Of a DNA stretch of 64,000 nucleotides, positions 9,857 through 18,540 are shown one piece after another. The notes beneath the pieces were generated by a model that worked only from the letters and a program-made list of their open reading frames with translations, was not told the origin of the DNA and searched no databases. The translations under genes were made by a program, and so were the position numbers. The stretch comes from Candidatus Lustribacter sp. (GTDB lineage: Bacteria; Vulcanimicrobiota; Vulcanimicrobiia; Vulcanimicrobiales; Vulcanimicrobiaceae), in contig OZ255842.1 of NCBI GenBank assembly GCA_965277805.1, positions 2,016,001-2,080,000 of the forward strand, written 5' to 3'. Numbering within the stretch: the first letter of the stretch is position 1; the number at the start of each line of letters is the position of its first letter.

Positions 9857-11647
9857 ATGACTACGACGCGAACTGAAACGCCGAAGGCGACCGACATGGC
9901 ATGGGGCAGCGACGCCGTCGCCGCCGTGATCCGCGCGCTGGATATCAAATACGCCGCGCTCGTGCCGGGCGCGAGCTATCGCGGCTTGCACGACAGCATC
10001 GTCAACTATCTCGGCAACGAGAACCCGCAGATGCTGCTGTGCCTGCACGAAGAACATTCGGTCGCGATCGCGCAAGGCTACGCGAAGATCACCGGCAAGC
10101 CGATGCTCGCCGTGATTCACAGCAACGTCGGCCTCATGCACGCGTCGATGGCGATCTTCAACACGTGGGTCGATCGCGCACCGGTGCTGATCCTCGGCGC
10201 GAACGGGCCGCTCGATGCGCAGAAGCGCCGCCCGTGGATCGACTGGATCCACACCACGCAAGACATGGGCGATCTCTGCCGCAACTTCACGAAGTGGGAC
10301 GATACCCCGCACTCGCCCGGCGCCGCCGTCGACTCGATCCTGCGCGCCTACCAGATTGCGTCGACGCTACCGAAGGGTCCGGCCATCGTCTTCCTCGATG
10401 CAGAAGTGCAAGAACAGAAACTCGGCGCGCCGATCGCAATCCCGCCGGTCGCAAAATACGCGCCGCCGGATGAACCCGCACCGACGCCCGCCGACGTGAA
10501 ACGCGTTCTCGCCGCGCTCAAGGGCGCAAAGCATCCGGTCATCCTCGCCGGCCGCGGCGCCCGCTCGATCGAAGCGTGGGACGCGCGCGTCGCGCTCGCC
10601 GAAGCGTTGAACGCCGGCGTCATCACGCAATCGCTCACCGGCGCAACGTTTCCCTCGAATCATCCGCTGCATCTCGGCCAAGCGCGCTCGAAGGCCGCCA
10701 CCGCCGCCTTGCGCGACGCCGACGTGATCCTCAATCTCGACAGCGTCGACTTCGGCGGCACGATCAAATCCGTCAGCGCCGGCAAACCCCTCGCGGGCAC
10801 GATGATCAGCGCGTCGATCGACCGCTACGCGCATCGCGGCTGGAACATGGACTACCAGAGCTTGCCGGCACTCGACATCGACCTCGCCGCGCCACCCGAC
10901 GCGCTGGTCGCGTGTCTGCTCGCCGAACTCGGCAATCCGAAACCGAAACCTGCGATCAGCAACGGCGCGTCCCACACTCCGAAGAAAACGAACGGCAGCA
11001 CGGGTTCGGTCATCGGCATCGATGAGTTCTCGGATGCGATGAGCACCGCGTTCGCGGGCATGGAAGTCTGCTTCACACGGCTCCCGCTCGGCGTCAACGA
11101 AGCCGACTTCATCTTCACGAGCCCGTTCGATTACATCGGCGGCGACGGCGGCGGCGGCATCGGCAGCGGTCTCGGCATCGCCGTCGGCGCGGCGCTCGCG
11201 CTGCGCGACACGTCGCGCCTGCCGGTGTGCATCACCGGCGACGGCGATTTCCTGATGGGCAACACCGCGCTCTGGACGGCCGTCCAAAGCAAGATCCCGC
11301 TGCTCGTCATCGTCGCCAACAATCGCTCGTACTTCAACGACGAAGTACACCAGGAGCGCATGGCCGTCGTCCGCAGCCGCCCGGTCGAACGCAAATGGAT
11401 CGGTCAGCGCATCGACGATCCGCCGCCCGACATGGCCGGCTTCGCCAAAGCCCAAGGCGCCATCGGCATCGGCCCCATCACCGAACGCAGCGAAATCGCC
11501 GCCGCCGTTGCCGAAGGCATCAAGCACGTCAAAGCAGGCAAGGTCTGCGTCATCGACGTCATCGTGCGCCCCGAATACTCCGCCAACACCGGCCCCGACG
11601 TCCAAGCCGTCCCCTCAGCCCGAACCATCGAAGAACGCGGCTCATAA
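9857..11647 (+). CDS. Thiamine pyrophosphate-binding enzyme (acetolactate synthase/benzoylformate decarboxylase-like)
   Basis: LCLHEEHSVAIAQGYAK; TPP motif GDGDFLM...NN. Confidence 0.92.
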   Translation: MTTTRTETPKATDMAWGSDAVAAVIRALDIKYAALVPGASYRGLHDSIVNYLGNENPQMLLCLHEEHSVAIAQGYAKITGKPMLAVIHSNVGLMHASMAIFNTWVDRAPVLILGANGPLDAQKRRPWIDWIHTTQDMGDLCRNFTKWDDTPHSPGAAVDSILRAYQIASTLPKGPAIVFLDAEVQEQKLGAPIAIPPVAKYAPPDEPAPTPADVKRVLAALKGAKHPVILAGRGARSIEAWDARVALAEALNAGVITQSLTGATFPSNHPLHLGQARSKAATAALRDADVILNLDSVDFGGTIKSVSAGKPLAGTMISASIDRYAHRGWNMDYQSLPALDIDLAAPPDALVACLLAELGNPKPKPAISNGASHTPKKTNGSTGSVIGIDEFSDAMSTAFAGMEVCFTRLPLGVNEADFIFTSPFDYIGGDGGGGIGSGLGIAVGAALALRDTSRLPVCITGDGDFLMGNTALWTAVQSKIPLLVIVANNRSYFNDEVHQERMAVVRSRPVERKWIGQRIDDPPPDMAGFAKAQGAIGIGPITERSEIAAAVAEGIKHVKAGKVCVIDVIVRPEYSANTGPDVQAVPSARTIEERGS

Positions 11648-11651
11648 CAAA

Positions 11652-11674
11652 TGTCACCCCGAGCTTGACGAGGG
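11652..11674. repeat. REP-like dispersed repeat, copy 1
   Basis: TGTCACCCCGAGCTTGACGAGGG; related to 16075-16098 and 58842-58866; between convergent genes. Confidence 0.7.
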
Positions 11675-11688
11675 TCGCCCCAACCGAC

Positions 11689-12435
11689 CTACTTGGGCGC
11701 ATGCGCGTCCGCCTCAGCCGCAATCCGGTTCAACGCCTTCGTGCGAAACAACAACCACGGCCGCGAAAACTCTTGCCGCTTCTGCACCGCCGCAACTTCC
11801 GCATCATCCAGAGTAACGACCCGCCCGCCGGGCCCCGCCATCAACATCGCCTGCTGCAACTGCTTGGCCGCGAGCTCGAGATAAATACTCCGCGCCACAA
11901 CGGTCGCAATATCCGCGGCAACGACAACGGCCCCATGCCCACGCATCAATGCCGCGGGCTTATCCCCCACAACCCCCGCCAACGCGACGCCCAGCGATTG
12001 CGAAAGAATGCGCATATCACCCGACGGCTGGAAATCGCGAATCTCAAACGTCGGCACCCCCAACCCGATAAACGACGTCACCGCCGACAACGGCTTGAGC
12101 TTGACAACCGGCGTGATGGAAAACGGCACGACCGTGGGCGAATGATTGTGCACCACCGCATTCACGTCAGGCCGGCTGCGATACATCTCGCCGTGAATGA
12201 AGCGCTCCGAATACAGCGCCCGTCCCTGGCCATCCACCGGCTCGCTGTCGAGCGTGAACTCCATGATATCGTCGATGGTAACGAGCTCCGGCGCCAAAGC
12301 TCGCGAAAGAAAGTACCGGTCGGGACGCGCCGGAGAGCGCATGCTTACGTGGCCGTAAGCGTCGAGAATTCCGTGCTCCGCAAGTGTCCGATACGCCACC
12401 ACCAAGTCCAGACCGTCGTCCACGTGCTGCTCCAT
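11689..12435 (-). CDS. Class II aldolase/adducin family protein (resembles hydroxymethylpyridine-dicarboxylate decarboxylase)
   Basis: YGHVSMR, ERFIHGEMY..RPDV.AVVHNHSP, MRGHG metal-binding His residues. Confidence 0.9.
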   Translation of the reverse strand: MEQHVDDGLDLVVAYRTLAEHGILDAYGHVSMRSPARPDRYFLSRALAPELVTIDDIMEFTLDSEPVDGQGRALYSERFIHGEMYRSRPDVNAVVHNHSPTVVPFSITPVVKLKPLSAVTSFIGLGVPTFEIRDFQPSGDMRILSQSLGVALAGVVGDKPAALMRGHGAVVVAADIATVVARSIYLELAAKQLQQAMLMAGPGGRVVTLDDAEVAAVQKRQEFSRPWLLFRTKALNRIAAEADAHAPK

Positions 12436-12653
12436 ACGCTCGAGGACTTACCCCGCCGCACCGGCGCAACCTCTCCCCCCAGCTTGCAGCGATACGCCGC
12501 GCAGCGTAGGAATGTTCTGCAGAAGACTCGCGCATTCCAAGCATCATTTCTACGCCTCGCGTACGCGTTCGGACAAATGGCTCGACGCGCCGGATAAGGC
12601 TCGTGCATTTGCCTCTGGAACAAAGCGATGTCGTCCGCTAGTCTGAACGAACG

Positions 12654-13427
12654 ATGCTCGAACTGGCCGGCGTTGCTAAAACATTCGAAACCCGGCGCGG
12701 CGAAGCCGTCGTCGCGCTGGCTCCGGTTTCGCTAGCAATCGAGCGCGGAACGTTTCTCGCGATCCTCGGGCCGAGCGGTTGCGGCAAGTCAACAATCTTC
12801 AACATCATTGCCGGACTCGAAATGCCGAGCGCCGGACGCGTCACGCTCGACGGAACGTCGATTCTCGGAATGAGCGGCGTGGTTTCGTACATGCTGCAGA
12901 AAGATCTGCTGCTGCCGTGGCGCAGCATCATCGATAACGTCGTGCTCGGCATGGAGATCGACGGCGTGCCGCGCGCCGAAGCGCGTGCCCGCGCGCTGCC
13001 GCTCCTTGCGCGCTATGGGCTGGGCGGGTTCGAGCACCGCTATCCGGCCGAGCTTTCGGGCGGCATGCGTCAGCGCGCCGCGTTGTTGCGCACGATGCTG
13101 TGCGATCGCGACGTGGTTCTCCTGGATGAGCCGTTCGCTGCGCTCGACGCGCAGACGCGCGCCGACATGCAAGAATGGTTGCTCGACGTGTGGGACGACT
13201 TCAAGAAAACGGTCATCTTCGTGACGCACGATGTCGATGAAGCGGTCTACCTCTCGGACGAGATCGCGACGATGTCGGCCCGGCCGGGACGAATCATCGA
13301 ACGCCTCACGATCGAGTTGTCGCGCCCGCGCAAGCGCTCCGTCGTGACCACCTCGGCCTTCACGGCCTACAAAGAGCATTTTCTCGCGCTCCTGCACCGC
13401 CCCGCCGAAGCGCTGCTCGCTTCATGA
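12654..13427 (+). CDS. ABC ATP-binding protein, NitT/TauT family
   Basis: GPSGCGKS, LSGGMRQR, LLDEPF. Confidence 0.94.
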   Translation: MLELAGVAKTFETRRGEAVVALAPVSLAIERGTFLAILGPSGCGKSTIFNIIAGLEMPSAGRVTLDGTSILGMSGVVSYMLQKDLLLPWRSIIDNVVLGMEIDGVPRAEARARALPLLARYGLGGFEHRYPAELSGGMRQRAALLRTMLCDRDVVLLDEPFAALDAQTRADMQEWLLDVWDDFKKTVIFVTHDVDEAVYLSDEIATMSARPGRIIERLTIELSRPRKRSVVTTSAFTAYKEHFLALLHRPAEALLAS

Positions 13428-14290
13428 GCGCCGATATCACCGAACTTGCGCCGCCGGTCGCCGCGGCGCCGCGCGCTGCGGCCCGCATAAAGTTGCGGCG
13501 CGTTTACCGCGCCACCTCACCCGCCGCGTGGTCGGTGATGGCCGGCCGGATTGCCATCGCCGTCGGCGTCTTGGCACTCTGGGAAGCGCTCGCGCGCCTG
13601 CACGTGATCAACCCGTTCTTGTGGAGCCAGCCGTCGCTGATCGCGGTGGAGTTCTGGCGCACGCTGCGCAGCGGATCGCTCTACGAGGACGCGTCCTTCA
13701 CGTTCACCGCCACGATCATCGGTTTCGTGATCGGCACCATCTCGGGATCCGCGATCGGCCTCTCGTTCTGGTGGTCGACCTGGTATGCGAAGGTGATGGA
13801 GCCCTTCCTGATCGTGTTCGAGGGCATGCCGAAACTCGCACTCGCACCGATCGTTGTGCTCGTGCTCGGCATCGGAATCGCATCGAAGATCGGCATGGCG
13901 GTCGCGCTCACGATCGTGATCAGCGCGTTGACGACGTATTCCGGGATGCGCGCGGTCGACCGCGATCTCGTGCGGCTGGTCTTCTCGCTCGGAGCCACAC
14001 GCTGGCAAGTGTTCAGCAAAGTCATCCTGCCCGGCACGTTCCCGGCGATTCTCTCGGCAATGCGGATCAACATCGGCCTGGCGCTCGCGGGCGCGATCGT
14101 CGGCGAGTTCATCGGCTCGCAACACGGCCTCGGCCGCTCGATCGACTACGCCGGGCAGACCTACAACATCGCGCTCATCTGGTCGGGCGTGTTCACGCTC
14201 TCACTGCTTTCGGTTGCGCTCTACATCGTAACGACGTGGCTCGAGAACACGCTCTTACGGCGCTTCTTTCACACGCACACTTCCCGATAG
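13424..14290 (+). CDS. ABC permease, NitT/TauT family
   Basis: Hydrophobic; MPKLALAP, SLGATRWQ, GAIVGEF; ATGA overlap. Confidence 0.92.
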   Translation: MSADITELAPPVAAAPRAAARIKLRRVYRATSPAAWSVMAGRIAIAVGVLALWEALARLHVINPFLWSQPSLIAVEFWRTLRSGSLYEDASFTFTATIIGFVIGTISGSAIGLSFWWSTWYAKVMEPFLIVFEGMPKLALAPIVVLVLGIGIASKIGMAVALTIVISALTTYSGMRAVDRDLVRLVFSLGATRWQVFSKVILPGTFPAILSAMRINIGLALAGAIVGEFIGSQHGLGRSIDYAGQTYNIALIWSGVFTLSLLSVALYIVTTWLENTLLRRFFHTHTSR

Positions 14291-14298
14291 GAGACGCC

Positions 14299-15276
14299 AT
14301 GCGTCGCGGCCCCTTCCTTCGCACGTCCGGCTCGGCTGCCGCTCTCGGCACGCTCGGCTTCCCGGCCATCGTGCGCGCCGCCGGCAAGCCGATCCTCATC
14401 GCCGAGCCGCAGCACGGCATCGGCTATCTGCCGCTCTACGTCGGGATCCGCAACAACTCGTTCGCCGGGCTCAACGTCTCGACGATCACGCTCGCAAGCT
14501 CGGGTTCGGAGCACACCAACGCAGTGCTCTCGGGTCAGGCCTGGGGCTTCATCGGCGGCCCCGAGCACAACGCGTACGCCGACGTGAAGGGCGCCAACCT
14601 GCGCGCGATCTGCAACGTGGTCAACCGCAACAACAACTACTTCGTCGCCGCCAAAGGCCTCTCACCGGGCAAGGACCTCAAAACGTTCTTGCACGGCAAA
14701 CGCATCGCCGTTTCCAGCTACGGCGGCACGCCCAACTCCACGATTCGCTACCTGCTCAAAAAATTCAACATGGACGCGACCAAAGACGTGACGCTGATGG
14801 AAGTCACCACCGCCGCCATCGGCGCCACCGTCGCGCAAGGCCAGGCCGATATCGGCGTGATGAACGAACCGATGATTTCGCGCGGCGTCGAAGCGGGGCA
14901 ATGGGGCGAGCCCTTCTGGAACGGCGCGCGCGTCTTCGGACCGTACGCCTACTCGACCATCAACGTCGCCCAGCAGTCGATCACGTCCGACCCGGCGACG
15001 GCGCGGGCCTTCGTCGCCGGCATGAAAAAGGCGCTCGCCTTCGTGCGCGACCACCAAGCCGAAACGCTCGCAATTGCCGCCAAGGAATTTCCCGACATGT
15101 CGCCGACCGATCTCAAGACGTCGATGGCGCGCACGTATGCCGATCAGCTCTGGGAGTGGACCGGCAAGATCACGCCCGACTCGGTCAAGACCGCCGAAGC
15201 GGTCGTCATCGCGGCGGGCCTGCTCACCTCAGAAGTCCCTTACCAGGAAATCGTCGACCCCCAATTCTTCTCTTAA
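14299..15276 (+). CDS. ABC substrate-binding protein, NMT1/THI5 family
   Basis: AGGAG RBS; signal peptide (GFPAIVRA); YLPLYVG, GGPEH, GKRIAVSSYGGTP. Confidence 0.9.
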   Translation: MRRGPFLRTSGSAAALGTLGFPAIVRAAGKPILIAEPQHGIGYLPLYVGIRNNSFAGLNVSTITLASSGSEHTNAVLSGQAWGFIGGPEHNAYADVKGANLRAICNVVNRNNNYFVAAKGLSPGKDLKTFLHGKRIAVSSYGGTPNSTIRYLLKKFNMDATKDVTLMEVTTAAIGATVAQGQADIGVMNEPMISRGVEAGQWGEPFWNGARVFGPYAYSTINVAQQSITSDPATARAFVAGMKKALAFVRDHQAETLAIAAKEFPDMSPTDLKTSMARTYADQLWEWTGKITPDSVKTAEAVVIAAGLLTSEVPYQEIVDPQFFS

Positions 15277-15303
15277 CGCGAATAACGCGAAAGGATCCGT
15301 AGC

Positions 15304-16062
15304 ATGGCCGTCTGGGACAAGTTCCTTACCGAAAGCGATCGTCAGGTGTATGCAGCCTCGGGCTACGGAGCGCGGACCGGCGTCGGCTCGCGCCCGGCCG
15401 TGCTGATCGTCGACGTGAACTACGCGTTCACCGGCGACGCGAACGTGCCGATTCTCGAATCGGTGAAAACGTGGCGCAACAGCTGCGGATCGTCGGGCTG
15501 GGCTGCGATCGAACCCACGCAACGGCTCCTCGCCGCCGCGCGCGCGAACCACATCCCGGTCTTCTTCAGCACCGGCGTCGACTCGCGCCCCGACGGCTTC
15601 GATCGCGGCGGCTGGGCGCACAAGAACCGCCGCTCGGGCGAAGATCGGCCCGTCACGCCCACGCCGGTGCGCGGCAACGACATCGTCAAAGACATCGCCC
15701 CCCTGCCGCACGAGATCGTGATCGAAAAGCTCAAACCGAGCCCGTTCAACGGGACGCCGCTTCCCGGCTTCCTCGTCGATCTCGGCGTCGACACGCTGAT
15801 CGTCACCGGCACCACGACCTCGGGCTGCGTGCGCGCCGCGGTCGTCGACGCGTTCTCGCTCAACTACAAGATCTCGATCGTCGAGGAGTGCACGTTCGAC
15901 CGCTTCGAGAGCTCGCACGCGATGAGCCTGTTCGACATGCAAGCAAAATACTGCGACGTCATCGGCATCGGCGAAGCCGTCTCATACCTCGGCGAAATCG
16001 GCCCCGGCCTCTACGACGACAAAATCACCTTCGCCGACGTACGCGAGCCCGTCTCCGTATAG
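15304..16062 (+). CDS. Isochorismatase-family cysteine hydrolase
   Basis: RPAVLIVD, IEKLKPSPFNGT, GTTTSGCVRA. Confidence 0.92.
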   Translation: MAVWDKFLTESDRQVYAASGYGARTGVGSRPAVLIVDVNYAFTGDANVPILESVKTWRNSCGSSGWAAIEPTQRLLAAARANHIPVFFSTGVDSRPDGFDRGGWAHKNRRSGEDRPVTPTPVRGNDIVKDIAPLPHEIVIEKLKPSPFNGTPLPGFLVDLGVDTLIVTGTTTSGCVRAAVVDAFSLNYKISIVEECTFDRFESSHAMSLFDMQAKYCDVIGIGEAVSYLGEIGPGLYDDKITFADVREPVSV

Positions 16063-16074
16063 CGCCCTGTCATT

Positions 16075-16098
16075 TGTCACCCTGAGCTTGTCGGAGGG
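16075..16098. repeat. REP-like dispersed repeat, copy 2
   Basis: TGTCACCCTGAGCTTGTCGGAGGG between convergent genes. Confidence 0.7.
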
Positions 16099-16136
16099 CC
16101 GCCACCGACGAAACAAATAAGATGCCGCGATGCGCC

Positions 16137-16721
16137 TCAGGCAGAACGGAGGCGGCGTTTTTTGCGTTCCATCACTTCCAAGAACGCGTCCACAACCTCG
16201 TCATCAAATTGCGATCCCGTGTTGCCAACAAGTTCACCAAAGGCAAGGTCAGAATTAAAGACCTGACGGTAAAGATGCGGGACCGACATCGAATGAAACG
16301 CATCGACGACGGCAATAACACGGGCTTCGATTGGAATTTCCTCGCCGGCCAGTCGGTCCGGATAGCCTGAGCCATCAATACGTTCATGATGTGCGCGCAC
16401 GATCGGAGCGATGGCCTCAAGAGTCGGGATGCTTGCCAGCATTTGTGCGCCGCTTATGCAGTGTTGTTCGACGGTCGTCCAGGCCTGCTCGTCTAACATG
16501 CCTGCGTATTCCAATATAGCTTTGTTGATACTGAGCATGCCGATGTCGTGCAACAGCCCCCCGATACGACAGCGTTCGATGGTCACCGCATTTAAGCCCA
16601 TCTGAACTCCGACGCGCTCGGCGAGTGCTGCAGTAGACTCAGCGTGTTCTGCGGTCCGCGGGTCAAAAAGCGAGAGAGACCGTTCTAGGGCACTTACGGC
16701 TAAAGGGTTGCACTCGGTCAT
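16137..16721 (-). CDS. Stand-alone HD-GYP domain phosphodiesterase
   Basis: LLHDIG, HHERIDGSGYP, IPIEARVIAVVD, GSQFD. Confidence 0.9.
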   Translation of the reverse strand: MTECNPLAVSALERSLSLFDPRTAEHAESTAALAERVGVQMGLNAVTIERCRIGGLLHDIGMLSINKAILEYAGMLDEQAWTTVEQHCISGAQMLASIPTLEAIAPIVRAHHERIDGSGYPDRLAGEEIPIEARVIAVVDAFHSMSVPHLYRQVFNSDLAFGELVGNTGSQFDDEVVDAFLEVMERKKRRLRSA

Positions 16722-16731
16722 ATACGCCACC

Positions 16732-17277
16732 TCAACTTACAAATCCCGAAGCGAGCTCAGATTCAAAATGAAATATTTTGCCGGGAAGTTCCGTGCGCCT
16801 CATCACGCCAACTTTGCGCATAACACTTTTCACGTGATCAGCAACGGTGCTTTCAGCGATGATTAAGGCCACCGCTATGTCGGCATTCTTCGCAGCCTGC
16901 AGGAGCAGTTGGAGTACCTGCATTTCTCGTCTCGTCAGACCGAATTTACTTGCAGCTTCGAGGACCGCCTCGCGACGATTCGACACGTCAGCGAACAGCG
17001 CAACACATCCATCTAGCTGCGTTCCGAGAGGAACGATGCGAAGAACCACTTTCTCGCTTAACACATGTGAGGCCACGGTTTGGGTTTCGCGGCTCTTCCG
17101 GCACTGCGGTTCTAGCGATTTGAGCACGTCGCTTGGAATCAGCTCTTCCACTCCAGGAGAGGCGAAAAGCATCCGCATGGCGGTATCGCAGATAAGAAAC
17201 TTCGGTGGTTGGCGCCGTTGGGTAATATCCGTATTACCAGCTTGCGTTGATTTGTTGAACGGCAGAACTACCGACAT
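16732..17277 (-). CDS. LuxR-family HTH regulator with an uncharacterised N-terminal domain
   Basis: GLTRREMQVLQLL...NADIAVALIIAESTVADHVKSVMRK; start uncertain. Confidence 0.85.
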   Translation of the reverse strand: MSVVLPFNKSTQAGNTDITQRRQPPKFLICDTAMRMLFASPGVEELIPSDVLKSLEPQCRKSRETQTVASHVLSEKVVLRIVPLGTQLDGCVALFADVSNRREAVLEAASKFGLTRREMQVLQLLLQAAKNADIAVALIIAESTVADHVKSVMRKVGVMRRTELPGKIFHFESELASGFVS

Positions 17278-17529
17278 GGTGCCAAGGGTCCTGTAAGAAA
17301 TGGCGTTCGTGGGAAGTCCATGTCCTGTTGTTTTTGTACGAGCCAACCGACACCTAGGCTGTTTACAATCACATAATAGAGTAAGGGATCGTTTACGTAG
17401 CGCCGGCATCCGGCGTGTGGCGTTCGAGTAGCAAGCATCAAGCTTGCGTAATCGCTATTGGCAAGCAGTAAGTGGAAGCATATTATGACTGCGCGAGGCC
17501 AACGCACTTCCGAGTAACGGACCTCCAGA

Positions 17530-17752
17530 AGAAACCCGCCATTGCAACGTGGTGGGTTTCTCAATTCTTGCCCTTTGGAACTCACCATCGTCTCTTGCGC
17601 TGAGGCTCTCCATATGTCCGCGGGATCGCTCTATCCGGGTTTCACCAAGCAAACCCGGAAAATTCACCATCGTCGAATTTAAAATCAGAAACCCCCGGCG
17701 TTACTGCACGGGGGCTTCCAGGTCTCCTCATCTCAGGGCTGATGATATACCC
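17530..17752. other. Structured non-coding stretch (three hairpins plus an 11-nt direct repeat)
   Basis: Hairpins at 17530-17561, 17634-17659 and 17688-17718; TCACCATCGTC at 17582 and 17664. Confidence 0.5.
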
Positions 17753-17888
17753 GGCGTTTCGGCGAATCAAGCAGCAAGCTACGTCCGTAGAATTGGACGG
17801 TCCCGATTTTCAAACCGGATTTTTGGTCGCAAGCGGTGATGGGTCTATGGGCAGTGCGATCGTCGCAGTTGGCCGCGCCGGCGAGTCA

Positions 17889-18131
17889 TCAAGTTTCCTT
17901 GGACGGGTAGTAAACAGGGTTCATAATCGCGCGCTGGTCTCGATCTTCAGCGAAGAGAGGAAAATGAACCGAACAGTAATTGACGGTCAACGCTTCAGCA
18001 TCGCTTCCCCGAGCTCTGCAACCGCAAGGCCACGAATGCGTGCTAATTAGCCGACGGTTAGAATCGAAGTCGACTGTTGTTGAAACGTGCCCGGACAGAG
18101 CCAGCCGAAGAATATGTAAGCCCTTCGTCAT
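17889..18131 (-). CDS. Hypothetical 80-aa protein with CxC...CxxH
   Basis: GGAGG RBS before the ATG; MTKGLHIL...SWPCGC...YCSVH. Confidence 0.55.
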   Translation of the reverse strand: MTKGLHILRLALSGHVSTTVDFDSNRRLISTHSWPCGCRARGSDAEALTVNYCSVHFPLFAEDRDQRAIMNPVYYPSKET

Positions 18132-18540
18132 CTGCCAATCCTCCCGCCGATGCGACGATGTTCCACTTTTTCCAGAGAAAGCACGAGTCCTAGCTGGTGA
18201 TCGCGACGATAATGTCGCGTGCGACGGACGAGACTGCCCGTGCCGTTGTGCCCGATCCGCAGCAACAATTTCTGGAGCTGAGAGCCGGCCCGGCGAAAAG
18301 CCTTGCGATTCGTACCGGCTAAATCCAGAGGCAGAACGTCCAAGCAGACGCATAAAAGCTTACTCTCCGCAAAACTTAGCGCGGCGATCTTAACCACGCT
18401 AAGTTTTCCTTAAGCCTAGATGACAATTAAATGCCAACCTTTTCGTTGGAGGTCATCAAATCGGTCACGGGCTAAAAAGTGGAGAGCACCGCTCTGTTGA
18501 GCGAAGTGCTTGAATGGCGCTGTGTCGTGAGGTCTCGCGA

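Noticed and set aside
12595-12615. Sigma54 promoter upstream of the ABC operon
   Set aside because: GG-GC spacing is 11 nt rather than the required 10
13528-14298. Apparent extension of the SBP ORF (likewise the 8394, 9539, 27529 and 53175 starts)
   Set aside because: Extensions run through neighbouring genes; RBS-supported starts lie downstream
17582-17674. CRISPR-like direct repeats
   Set aside because: Only two 11-nt copies and no cas genes; no array anywhere in the window
17580-17680. Fluoride or c-di-AMP riboswitch, suggested by GACGATGGTGA / GGTGAAT
   Set aside because: The remaining conserved elements could not be found; kept only as an unassigned structured region
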